A stretch of 35,978 nucleotides of DNA from Octopus bimaculoides (Eukaryota): the NCBI RefSeq assembly GCF_001194135.2, contig NC_068989.1, positions 15,420,997 through 15,456,974 of the forward strand. Direction: 5' to 3'. A program made the position numbers and the translations under genes. The notes beneath the pieces were generated by a model. The model was given only the letters and a program-made list of their open reading frames with translations. It ran no database searches and had not been told where the DNA came from. This document shows positions 11,014-22,082 of this stretch, in pieces (the stretch's first letter is position 1; each line of letters starts with the position of its first letter).

Positions 11014-11933
11014 GGAATTGTGCCGACACATGTAACAGGATTTTTTTTATTGAAAACTGCTTTTAGTATTTTTGTCTTTCAACAACATTTGAATAAAACT
11101 TTCTAAAAAAATTATGAAATATTGATGTTTATAAAAACATGCTTGTAGAATTTTAGAACAATGCATTATAATAATGTTCATTTCCTGTTTTCATTGTAAA
11201 CACACACAAACACACATCCACACATACACAATAAAGAATTACAATAAAAGAAATATCACGTAATAGAAAAAACAAAAAGACGGAACAAAAAATAACTAAC
11301 GACTTCAATATAGGCATTTTTTACATTGTTTTATTTTGATATGTATTGTTTTCACTTACACCATAACTGTTTTACTGAGTTTTAGTGTTTCTTTCTATGT
11401 TGAAAATAAACATATGTGCACATGCATACAATCAATTTCTCTGAGATAGATAGAAAGTGAGAAGAAGAGAGATTGATGAAAGTGCGACACACAAGGCAAT
11501 AATTCAAATATATAGAAGCAGCGGTACATAAAATAAATTTTAACACGAAAGTAGGATTAAATTAATCTGGAAGCGTTGGTTGGAACCACGTGAACAATAT
11601 ATGTTAACTATTTTCAAAAGTCAACTGCCCCCATTCCACAAAGAAAAACAAAAATGGAATATCTACACACGCAAATACATATATGAACGGCTCTCGTGTC
11701 GGTGTCAACGAATGATAGTTCCAGTTTTTCGATCAACACAATTACCTACTCACTATATTATAATGTAAGAGGCTGAATATTTTACAGATTCATGTACTTT
11801 TAACGTAAATCATATACAGAATGTATGATATTGTGTGAGCTCTCTATCCTCCACTACAAATATTGCATGAACATATCCTAGTTCTTAGAAAATTGCAAGT
11901 GGAAGTTATTCTAGAACACAAAATGCTGCATTA

Positions 11934-12390
11934 TTTTGTGTTATAACACAACCCTTACGCTGAGTTGGAGATCAAGATCACCGTTTGGCATTAATACTGC
12001 TTCTGTCGGTATTACTTTTTAATAAACCTTGTGGCTATTTGTGACACTAATATACCAAATATCTCAAACGAGAGTTACTAATATTCTACTAATAGTTACT
12101 AATATTCTAATTATCGTTAACGAGAGATTCGACTGTTACGCTGCTGCAGGACATCTGTCACTGAGGAAAACATAGTAAGGAGAAATCCCATGATCTTGAA
12201 ATTCTGGCTGCCGTAGCAGACTGTCATCGCCTGTGCTTTCATATACCACGAGTGCTTTCATATACCACGAACCCATATAAGAGATCCTCTCAAAGTAAAT
12301 AGCACAGAATTTTGTGTTATAACACAACCTCCACATTAAGTTGGTGATCAAGTTTATATTTTGGTATCAATACTGCTTCTGTTTGCTATT
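11934..12390 (+). repeat. Degenerate ~80 bp direct repeat (11934-12013, 12311-12390) and a 19 bp tandem (12232-12270)
   Basis: TTTGTGTTATAACACAACC..AGTTGG.GATCAAG..AATACTGCTTCTGT occurs twice; GTGCTTTCATATACCACGA x2. Confidence 0.75.
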
Positions 12391-12398
12391 AATTATAT

Positions 12399-12555
12399 GG
12401 CGTGGCTGTGTGGTAAGAAGCTTGCTTTTCAACCACATAGTTCCGGGTTCAGTTTCCACTGCGTGAGACCTTGGGCAGGTGTCTTCTACTGTAGCTTCGA
12501 TTCAGCTAAAGCCTTGTGAGTAGATTTGGTAGATAGAAACTCAAAGAAGCCAGTC

Positions 12556-12587
<32 letters not shown>

Positions 12588-13374
12588 NNNNNNNNNNNNN
12601 NNNNNNNNNNNNNNNNNNNNNNNNNNNNNNNNNNNNNNNNNNNNNNNNNNNNNNNNNNNNNNNNNNNNNNNNNNNNNNNNNNNNNNNNNNNNNNNNNNNN
12701 NNNNNNNNNNNNNNNNNNNNNNNNNNNNNNNNNNNNNNNNNNNNNNNNNNNNNNNNNNNNNNNNNNNNNNNNNNNNNNNNNNNNNNNNNNNNNNNNNNNN
12801 NNNNNNNNNNNNNNNNNNNNNNNNNNNNNNNNNNNNNNNNNNNNNNNNNNNNNNNNNNNNNNNNNNNNNNNNNNNNNNNNNNNNNNNNNNNNNNNNNNNN
12901 NNNNNNNNNNNNNNNNNNNNNNNNNNNNNNNNNNNNNNNNNNNNNNNNNNNNNNNNNNNNNNNNNNNNNNNNNNNNNNNNNNNNNNNNNNNNNNNNNNNN
13001 NNNNNNNNNNNNNNNNNNNNNNNNNNNNNNNNNNNNNNNNNNNNNNNNNNNNNNNNNNNNNNNNNNNNNNNNNNNNNNNNNNNNNNNNNNNNNNNNNNNN
13101 NNNNNNNNNNNNNNNNNNNNNNNNNNNNNNNNNNNNNNNNNNNNNNNNNNNNNNNNNNNNNNNNNNNNNNNNNNNNNNNNNNNNNNNNNNNNNNNNNNNN
13201 NNNNNNNNNNNNNNNNNNNNNNNNNNNNNNNNNNNNNNNNNNNNNNNNNNNNNNNNNNNNNNNNNNNNNNNNNNNNNNNNNNNNNNNNNNNNNNNNNNNN
13301 NNNNNNNNNNNNNNNNNNNNNNNNNNNNNNNNNNNNNNNNNNNNNNNNNNNNNNNNNNNNNNNNNNNNNNNNNN

Positions 13375-13408
<34 letters not shown>

Positions 13409-13615
13409 GTATGTGTGTGTGTGAGTGAATGTTGATGTTTGGGGCAAAATTTTGTTGTAGTATTTCTTCCGTATAAATTAAACTTTTACAGCGAGACACA
13501 AGACATAATCGATAATCTAAGCACCAGACAAATAAATGAGATGTCGGAATAATCGACTAAAACCTTTGAAAGCCGTGCTCCAGCTTCGCCGCAGGGCAAA
13601 GACAAAACGTACAGC
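12399..13615 (+). mobile_element. SINE family B: head 12399-12556, microsatellite and gap, degenerate tail ~13430-13615
   Basis: The head is clear; the tail has ATCGACTAAA..CGTGCTCCAGC..CCGCAG; continuity across gap 12588-13374 is inferred. Confidence 0.7.
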
Positions 13616-13774
13616 AGTAAAAATTATCACGCCATCAAATATAACACGCTGTGAATTTCTGTTTCCTTTTTGCTATTACCGTCAACTGAAGATTTATAAA
13701 CCAGCCAATAACATGAAAATGATTTATGAACTAGAGATTTTCAAATAGCATTCTTTGTAATTTCTTCTCGGCAC

Positions 13775-13870
13775 ACAACAGCAACAACAACACAACAACA
13801 GCAGAAGCGACAGGCACAGCAGCAGCGGCAGCAGCAGCATCAGCAGCAGCAACAACAACAACAGCAGCAA
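13775..13870. repeat. (CAG/CAA)n microsatellite
   Basis: Directly visible; no splice or ORF context. Confidence 0.85.
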
Positions 13871-14045
13871 AATTGAATAAACAAACAAACTATTGACTTC
13901 AAAGTTTCTTTATAGTCTTTAAATTGTAAAGGTCTCTGCTTGCAGGAAACTACTAATTTTGATTTTTTAAAGATATATGTTTAATGATAAAGAAAATAGT
14001 TGTTTCTATTTTATGTTCAAGAATAGCAATTTTTGACGAGAAGTG

Positions 14046-14186
14046 GCTGGTCGATTAAATCGATCCTAACACTTGACTAACACTTCATTTTATCGACTCC
14101 GAAAATTTGAAAGGCAAAATTTTACTGCGGTTGGATTTGAACTTTGAATGTAAAGAGCCGAAATAGATATCGCTCTAACTCACCTT
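14046..14186 (-). mobile_element. SINE family A, degenerate
   Basis: GTCGATTAAATCGATCC..TTTTATCGACTCCGAAA..GAAAGGCAAA..TTTGAACT. Confidence 0.7.
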
Positions 14187-14205
14187 CCAATGCACTCATG
14201 CAGTC

Positions 14206-14338
14206 CTGCTTCCCAACCACATGGTTCCGGGTTCAGTCCCACTTCGTAGCACTTTGGGCAAGTGTCTTCTACTATAGCCTCGGACCGACCAAAACCTTGT
14301 GAGTGGAATTGGTAGACAGGAACTGAAAGAAGCCCGTC

Positions 14339-14386
<48 letters not shown>
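14206..14386 (+). mobile_element. SINE family B head plus (TA)n, tail absent
   Basis: Near-identical to the other heads up to AGCCCGTCG; followed directly by the Penelope-like 3' end. Confidence 0.85.
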
Positions 14387-14389
<3 letters not shown>

Positions 14390-15100
14390 CACACGACAAT
14401 ATATTTTGCGCCTAAAAAGAAGGCCGACAAATTAATCTGTCTGGTGGGAGAGTGGACAGGAGTTGTTTGTATGTAGTCCAGTGGCTAAAGTTTAGGTTGT
14501 TAGCTGTGTAGGTTCCTCATGTTAAGTGCCAAAATGAGTTTTGTGTTTGAATAGTTATTTTTGTATGCACTCTGTTAAAGTTTGTTAAGTCTTGGTTTGT
14601 ACTTTTGTATGAAGGTATTTTCTTTGTTTATCCGTGCTTCATCTGCAGTATTTGCTGAACATACGTAGAGTGGGAAGACCTGGAATTTAGGGGACTTATT
14701 TTTTGCACATATATGTATGTGTCCACTCAGTGGAATATGTCTAGTACTGGGGTCTCGTATTTGTTGTCGGTGAATGGTCGGTCTCTTTCTTAGAGTAGGC
14801 ATTGTTTGACCTATGTAATCTTCATTACATCCTTGACATTTGATAGAGTATTTACATGTTCCTGGAGGAACATGTAAAGCGATTTTTTGCGGTAAAAAAT
14901 CTGTCCCGATTTGAATTTGTATGTTGTGTCTTCAATAAGGTTGATGCAAGCTCTGCAATTGGGGTGGCCACACTTATTGACTGTTGGTGTAGGAACTGTG
15001 GAAGGTTATTTAGCAATCGTGAGCAATTTTTTGTGGGACTTTGAGTGTCTATTACTTTTGATTCCGTTTTCGCGTGTGTCCTTGCTCTGCTTATTCCATT
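14387..15100 (-). mobile_element. Penelope-like element 3' part: Zn-finger linker and GIY-YIG endonuclease (remnant 1)
   Basis: Minus frames IKSNRHSKSHKKLLTIAK*, NKCGHPNCRAC, FTCSSRN/(fs)YSIKCQGCNEDYIGQT..LRKR..H..HI..C..R..KE..FIQKYKPRLN*. Confidence 0.88.
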
Positions 15101-15785
15101 CTGTTCTTGTATGATGTGTATCCTTATATGGGCATGCGTCTGTGTTTGTGTGTATGTGTGTGTACTTGTGTGTTTGCGTGATTGTTCTTTGTAGCACTAT
15201 GACTCTCTTCTCAGCCTCATCTCCTAACCCGTTGCCGCTGCTGCTGCTCTTGAACCCGACATTTTGTACCGTTCTTGTAACTCACTGTGTTTGTTTGTTC
15301 ACCCACGCTGCTGCCATCGTGGTAGTTGTTGTTGTTGTTGTCACTGTTGTTACTACCGTCACTGTTTTCGTTGCTAGTCGTGCTGTTGATATTGTTGCAG
15401 CCGTCTGTGGAGTTAACCGTGCCCTTTATACAGTTTTTGTATGCCTATTTTTTATACTTATCATAGGTATGTGAATATATGTCTATTATACGTGTATTAC
15501 ACTATTTGTATATGGATTTTCCTTCCTTCAGTCTTTAGACGTCATGTTATGTGGTGTGGTGGTGGGTGTTATTGTCCCATTCGTGTTTTCTGTTGAGGCT
15601 CGGTCTGCTATGTGTGTAGCTTCTGTAGTCTGTCTAAGTGTCGTGTCAGTTCTATGCACTGATAATACTTTGACTCCTATGCTATTGACTAAGCCTCTCT
15701 GTTCCGCTTGAACATGTTGGTAGAGCACTGACGAGCCTTTTTCTTTGAGTTCTCACCAGTGTTCACCTATACGCTCTCCTTAGTT
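15101..15785 (-). mobile_element. Second, unrelated Penelope-like GIY-YIG C-terminus (15560-15785) plus presumed 3' UTR (remnant 2)
   Basis: GERIGEHW*ELKEKGSSVLYQHV..VKVLSVHRTDTTLRQTTEATHI (fs) PSLNRKHEW fits the GIY-YIG R..EH..H..RQ..EA..I..P.LN.K.EW pattern. Confidence 0.65.
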
Positions 15786-16027
15786 GATTATGTGTGCGGC
15801 GCAGTTGAGCGAGAGACCAACAAAACTCCTTGTAACAGCAAAGTTGAACTGAAGAAAAGGATTATGGCAGCGACTCCAAAAGAATTTCAGGAGGCCGTAG
15901 CTGAAAACCAATGGCACATTTATTGAATAAATGTACTCTCTTGTATTTCAAGATATATTTACCAAAATTACATAAGAATATCTGTTAAAATGAGATGTCA
16001 GTGTTATTTTCATTTTTCCGTAATTTA
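15786..16027 (+). mobile_element. Tc1/mariner-superfamily transposase C-terminal remnant (probably maT/DD37D-like) and 3' flank
   Basis: DYVCGAVERETNKTPCNSKVELKKRIMAA..(deletion)..EAV; truncated by the gap at 16028-16127. Confidence 0.7.
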
Positions 16028-16247
16028 NNNNNNNNNNNNNNNNNNNNNNNNNNNNNNNNNNNNNNNNNNNNNNNNNNNNNNNNNNNNNNNNNNNNNNNNN
16101 NNNNNNNNNNNNNNNNNNNNNNNNNNNGTGTGTGTGTGTGTGTGTGTGTGTGTGTACATATATATATATGTATAAAGTGATTAAAATCAAAATAAGCAAC
16201 AAGGATATCCAGGGGTAATACAGTACGATCGTTTCACGTAACTCCAT

Positions 16248-16560
16248 TTAATTAAACAATGCAACAGTTATCTCAGTTTAGATGCAGAGCAATCCTCAGC
16301 TGCACAAATACATAAAATTTAATTAAAGTAAGACAGATGGACACAATAGAATAATTTTACCTAAAATCTCCAAGAAGTTAAGGAGATAGACAAAGAACAT
16401 GCTGCCTTCATTTCAGCTTTGTGTATTTCCTTAACTTTTTGGAGATTTTATGCAAAATTATATTAAAGTGTCCATCTGTTTTAATTTAATTCTATGTCTT
16501 TGTGCAGCTGAGGATTGCTCTGCATTTAAATTGATGCAATTGTTGCATTGTTCAATTGAA
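16248..16560. repeat. Long imperfect palindrome P1 (arms ~16248-16395 and ~16417-16560)
   Basis: e.g. ATGCAGAGCAATCCTCAGCTGCACAAA / TTTGTGCAGCTGAGGATTGCTCTGCAT; AAAATCTCCAA.AAGTTAAGGA / TCCTTAACTT.TTGGAGATTTT. Confidence 0.92.
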
Positions 16561-16719
16561 CGGGTGTTAGCCACAGATTTTGAACGTGTACAAATGGGAA
16601 ATGTGTGAAATCCTTGGTAGAGTTAGGTATATGTGAAAAAGGAAAAGAATGACTTCACTGATAGTGAAGTCATTAAATTTAAAAAAAAGTTGATAATAAT
16701 ATTATACAGTTTGGTTTGT

Positions 16720-17105
16720 TGATCTAGTACGTATGCATGTGTATGTGGGGATATATAAACATACAAGTAGGTATATATATGTATAAATATACTGGCAGAT
16801 CTAGTACGTAGGCATGTGTATGTAGGTATATATAAATACACGGTTGTGAATGTATGAGTAAATATATGAACTAGAAAAAAATATATATGTGTATATGTAT
16901 GTGTGTATGTATATATATATGTATGCATGTATGTGTCTATGCATGTATGTATATATGTATGTACATGTATAAATATGTGTGCATATATGCGTGTGTGTAT
17001 ATATATATGTATGCACATATGTATGTATATGTATGTATGTGTGTATATATATATATATGTATGTATACATTTTGTATGTTTATATGTAGGGAAGTAAATA
17101 TGTAA
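16720..17105. repeat. TA/TG-rich low-complexity region with a ~77 bp duplicated unit (GATCTAGTACGTA.GCATGTGTATGT)
   Basis: Unit at ~16721 and ~16798. Confidence 0.75.
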
Positions 17106-17930
17106 GCTAGCGTAATCCCCCCATCTCCTTCCCAAACCAATATAAAAAATACATTTCTATCAACAAACATTCCAAAATTAACCTCATTTTTTCATCATCC
17201 CCTTTTTATCAAAAGACATGTATCTTACACCTCATTACCCCCCCCCCTCCCCAGACACACACTTAAACTCATTTTTAACATAACAAATTACTGAAGTTTC
17301 TCTTTATGTCATTAAGATAGTTGATTCAGCCATAAGTAAAGAATTTGAAAAACATCTCACCATAATATTTTCACCAAAGGCCACCTATTCAAATGGAACC
17401 AGTAGGAGGGCTGCTTCACAAGCCCTTCGTAAAACACTGCTTAAACACCCCACCACCTTCCAACTACACTCTCAATGAATTATCTTGCTTTTACCATTCA
17501 CTATTTTCTGTCAGCCCTTGTTCATCAACACTCCTTTACTACCCCACTCACTAACAAGCATCAACCCCACCCCAGATACATCTAAATCTCTTATATATAG
17601 AATCACACAGCACAACACAACCTGAGATCAGTTTGACAATGTATCTTCATAATTCTGATGCGCACTCTATACGATCTTTTTACTCTTTCGTTTTTCTGTC
17701 TCTTATTCTTTTACGGCCTCTTCTCCCACTATTCTATCCTATTACTCTGTCACTCTCTCTTCTTCATTCCTTCTGACTTGCTCACGTAGCTCCCACGTGA
17801 CCATCGGCCGTCTTTTTTTCTTTCTCTCCGTTGTAGCTGAAACAAGGAAGACGTGTTTTTGTTTGTCTCCTTGTCCTAGCTTGATTTACGCGTTCGCCAC
17901 CACAACCTCGTTTAAGCTTAGCAACCCTTC

Positions 17931-17991
17931 CTGTTTGTTTTCCCTGTCCTGTTTGTTTTCCCTGTCCTGTTTGATTTCCCTGTCCTGTTTG
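17931..17991. repeat. 18 bp tandem repeat, ~3.4 copies (CTGTTTGTTTTCCCTGTC)
   Basis: Directly visible; no spacers. Confidence 0.9.
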
Positions 17992-18084
17992 CGTTTTCTA
18001 TTTTGACACTAAGCAAAATCCCAAATTTTATTTAATATGCTTTGCGGGAGCAACTGTTTTATCGAAAGCGTATATTGTTGTTAA

Positions 18085-18466
18085 ATGCTCGAAATACGAG
18101 ACTAGAAAAACAGCCAACAACTGATGAAGGGTCGTCCTTTACGTTGTTCGAAAGAATAGTTCATGTTCCATGTACTCGTGCTTCGCACTTTTTTGTTGTA
18201 CACGTTTCGTGACGTCCTGTACCCACATATGCACACACACACTGCCTTAACTGTTCGAAACGCTTAGTTTTAGAATGGCGGCAGCTGATGAAGGAAATAT
18301 TCTCTATGTGGCCTGTGCGTTTTCTGGGCTCTGTTTATATTTTTGTTTTTCATTTTGTCCACGTTTTTTTGTGACATCCTGTACCCAGATATACATCTAT
18401 ATATACATGTAGATGTAGGTATGTACATACATGTACGTATATATGCATATACTCACATATTATTTG

Positions 18467-18470
<4 letters not shown>
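18085..18470 (+). repeat. Two tandem degenerate units with CGAAA..CTGATGAAGG..GTGACGTCCTGTACCCA; unit 2 is homologous to 1662-1860
   Basis: The motifs recur at ~18090/18121/18210 and ~18257/18286/18372. Confidence 0.7.
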
Positions 18471-18500
<30 letters not shown>

Positions 18501-19427
18501 NNNNNNNNNNNNNNNNNNNNNNNNNNNNNNNNNNNNNNNNNNNNNNNNNNNNNNNNNNNNNNNNNNNNNNNNNNNNNNNNNNNNNNNNNNNNNNNNNNNN
18601 NNNNNNNNNNNNNNNNNNNNNNNNNNNNNNNNNNNNNNNNNNNNNNNNNNNNNNNNNNNNNNNNNNNNNNNNNNNNNNNNNNNNNNNNNNNNNNNNNNNN
18701 NNNNNNNNNNNNNNNNNNNNNNNNNNNNNNNNNNNNNNNNNNNNNNNNNNNNNNNNNNNNNNNNNNNNNNNNNNNNNNNNNNNNNNNNNNNNNNNNNNNN
18801 NNNNNNNNNNNNNNNNNNNNNNNNNNNNNNNNNNNNNNNNNNNNNNNNNNNNNNNNNNNNNNNNNNNNNNNNNNNNNNNNNNNNNNNNNNNNNNNNNNNN
18901 NNNNNNNNNCTGAATATGTAGTATAGAAACGGGGAAGCAGTTTTAACATTATCTTCTATAAATTGCGAATCCTTAGTGTTACTACAAGAATGAAGAGAGA
19001 AATAAAGACAAAATGTGAAAAATTATAAAAGAATAAACACAAGAAAAGCAATCATTATTGACTTCCTGATAGTGTTTTTGTTTCAATTGTAATGAAATTC
19101 CAAAGGGGTTTGAGGAATTTAACGTTAAATGAAAAAAAAAAAAAAATAGCGATGGCTTAGGTGAGAAACACAAGATTTCATTTTGTAGAAGGATGAAAGA
19201 GATAAAAAATAAAAGAGTAATAAAAGGCAACCCAATGTGCTCAGGTCAAAAATTGAAAAGCAAATTAATTTTTAAAGCATTTGTAATGTTAAGTCTATTG
19301 CTTTCATAAAGTTAGTAGGTTTCCCTAAACAGAATTGAGATGAAATATGTGGTTTATTGAAATTTTCAACAAACAACAATAGCGATAGCAAAAGCAACAA
19401 CGCCGCTGACAACTACGACGACGACGG

Positions 19428-19618
19428 CTTGAAATTTTAGGTGAAGAGGTTTAGTCAATTTCATCGACTTCGCTGCTTGGCTTGTACTTATTTAAACTCC
19501 CCGGTAAGGATAAAAGGCAAAGTCGACTTTGGCAGATTTTGAACTCTGAACGTAGAAACGGGTGAAATACCGCTACTTATTTTGTCGGGCGTGCTAAAGA
19601 TTTTGCCAGCTTTCTGCC
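19428..19618 (-). mobile_element. SINE family A
   Basis: AAAAGGCAAAGTCGAC..TTTGAACTCTGAACGT..GGGCGTGCTAA..TGCCAGCT. Confidence 0.8.
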
Positions 19619-19650
19619 GTTAATAATGATAATAATCCTTGTTACAATGG

Positions 19651-19782
19651 TGTAGACTTTGCCTTTCATCCTTTCGGAGTTGATAAAATAAGTACCAGTT
19701 ACGCACTGGAGTCGATATAATCGTCTAGTCCCCTCCCGCCAAATTTCAGGCCTTGTGCCTTTAGTAGAAAGGATTATTATTA
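19651..19782 (+). mobile_element. SINE family A, 3' half
   Basis: GACTTTGCCTTTCATCCTTTCGG..AAATTTCAGGCCTTGTGCCTTTAGTAGAAAGGATTATT. Confidence 0.85.
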
Positions 19783-20085
19783 TCATTGAGTGAGGGAGAA
19801 GTGTATGCCATCAAAGTGAAACTGGGGTAAAGTATATGAAGCCTTGTATACCCATCATGACTACCCGTCTGATAAGGGTACACCAGGCACATGCATCACA
19901 ACCATACGTGCGTGACATGGTGGTCTCATATCAAGATAAACAGCACATGACATTGCAAGTGGGGCCCAGTTAGTATTTTCTTCAGGTTGAATAGCCCATC
20001 CCGCTCAAAAGGTCCTTGAATAATGGTTGTTTAAGGATGACGAATAAAACACCCATGATTCCAAAGGTGAATTATCGAAGCCCCA
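19783..20085 (-). mobile_element. Probable retroposon 3' portion, tail-to-tail with SINE A
   Basis: Higher-GC block ending (minus) ..CTCACTCAATGATAATAAT; single copy here, call rests partly on recall of a cephalopod repeat. Confidence 0.4.
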
Positions 20086-20278
20086 AAGAATTCCTGTACT
20101 ATTAGAGAACTACTCGAGCCTGAAACTTCAAGTAGCTCACATATAACTTCTGTAAATTGTATATATATATATATATAGTACTGTAATCACAGTGGCTTCT
20201 ATAATGCACATTGGATGATCCGGAAGTGATTGAGGCTGAACGAAATATATTTTTTTAGAGACAGGTTAGGAGACAATT

Positions 20279-20343
<65 letters not shown>

Positions 20344-20470
20344 GGCATATGTACTGTATGTATGTATGTATGTATATATATATATATATGAGTAACAAAG
20401 ATGAACAAGTGTCAATTCATTACGATCGTTTAAATCGACTCCTTTAATTAATTAATGAAGACATTACATC

Positions 20471-20709
20471 ATTGCAAAGACTTCAAACACAAAGGACAAA
20501 CAAACTGCTTAAATATATCCATATCACCAACGGAGCTTAAATATTAACATTGATTCTGCTGCTGTATGTTTGGCAGAATGGTATTTCTTTGAATGCTATA
20601 TCTCTGTCAAAGATATAGCAGCAGAATGAATTTCAATATTTAAGCTCCGTTGGTGATATGAATATATTTAAGCAGTTTGTTTGTCCTTTTTGTTTCAAGT
20701 CTATGCAAT
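20471..20709. repeat. Long palindrome P2 (arms 20471-20577 and 20603-20709, ~10 mismatches in 107 bp)
   Basis: AAAGGACAAACAAACTGCTTAAATATAT.CATATCACCAACGGAGCTTAAATATT and its exact reverse complement. Confidence 0.95.
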
Positions 20710-21029
20710 CATCCGAAGAAAACGGTTTCTTTACAATAATGTAATGTTTTCATTAATCAATTAAAGAAGCCGATTGAAACAACCTACCATGGATTCTGCA
20801 CTTCGGAAATGTTATAAAAAGTATCTTTATATAAAGTACATGTCTGAACAACCAAGTGCGGATATCCTTACTAAGTTGGATCATATTGTCTGCATTCACT
20901 GCAAGAATATCAAGTACACACACTTCTGCACAGAGTTTGACATTCACCTAATACTGTTTGGGTGTGCAGATTATTTTGACCTAATAAGGTGCCTTAATTT
21001 AAGTACCTAATTCAAGTGAATCATAATTG

Positions 21030-21032
<3 letters not shown>

Positions 21033-21116
<84 letters not shown>

Positions 21117-21527
21117 NNNNNNNNNNNNNNNNNNNNNNNNNNNNNNNNNNNNNNNNNNNNNNNNNNNNNNNNNNNNNNNNNNNNNNNNNNNNNNNNNNNN
21201 NNNNNNNNNNNNNNNNNNNNNNNNNNNNNNNNNNNNNNNNNNNNNNNNNNNNNNNNNNNNNNNNNNNNNNNNNNNNNNNNNNNNNNNNNNNNNNNNNNNN
21301 NNNNNNNNNNNNNNNNNNNNNNNNNNNNNNNNNNNNNNNNNNNNNNNNNNNNNNNNNNNNNNNNNNNNNNNNNNNNNNNNNNNNNNNNNNNNNNNNNNNN
21401 NNNNNNNNNNNNNNNNNNNNNNNNNNNNNNNNNNNNNNNNNNNNNNNNNNNNNNNNNNNNNNNNNNNNNNNNNNNNNNNNNNNNNNNNNNNNNNNNNNNN
21501 NNNNNNNNNNNNNNNNNNNNNATATAG
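21033..21527. repeat. (TA)n(CA)n microsatellite and gap
   Basis: Directly visible; N-gap 21117-21520. Confidence 0.95.
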
Positions 21528-21984
21528 GTAATTATAGTGTATAAAGTATGATATACGACGTTAAGCGTTCGTGATAAAATTTAATTGATATACAGAAGCT
21601 GCAAGGTTTATTTTTTTAAATTCTATTTAGCAACGAGTAACGAGATCTTTCAGTTTTTCATTGTAGCCTCGTTAAATGAACAGTTCAATAGCACATTTTT
21701 AACAATTTCTTTTCTATGTAAGCCTTGAGATATGTGTATATACATAAATACATGCATATATATATATATATATATATATACCCATACGCACATACGCACC
21801 CAAACAAATGTATAGATATTTGTCTTTGAAGATGTCTGCAAATTATTGTCAAAATATATAAAAAGAAACGTCGAATGAAAAATCACAGTAACAATTACAT
21901 TCGTTTGAAGATTGTAATCTGCATTAAATTCACAGAAATAGTGTAAGGTCTAGCGTGTATATACATATACTTACATACATGCAT

Positions 21985-21999
21985 ATACATATCTATATA

Positions 22000-22082
<83 letters not shown>
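21985..22082. repeat. (TC)n(TA)n(CA)n compound microsatellite
   Basis: Directly visible. Confidence 0.95.

Noticed and set aside
10848-11106. Poly-D and poly-M ORFs
   Set aside because: (GAT)n microsatellite plus SINE sequence.
13775-13870. Possible poly-Q exon
   Set aside because: No splice sites or flanking coding frame; simple repeat.
15142-15474. 110 aa hydrophobic ORF resembling a membrane or secreted protein
   Set aside because: Arises from GTT/GCT low-complexity sequence antisense to the Penelope-like region.
20774-21010. 78 aa Cys/His-containing ORF after P2
   Set aside because: No recognisable domain or splice context.
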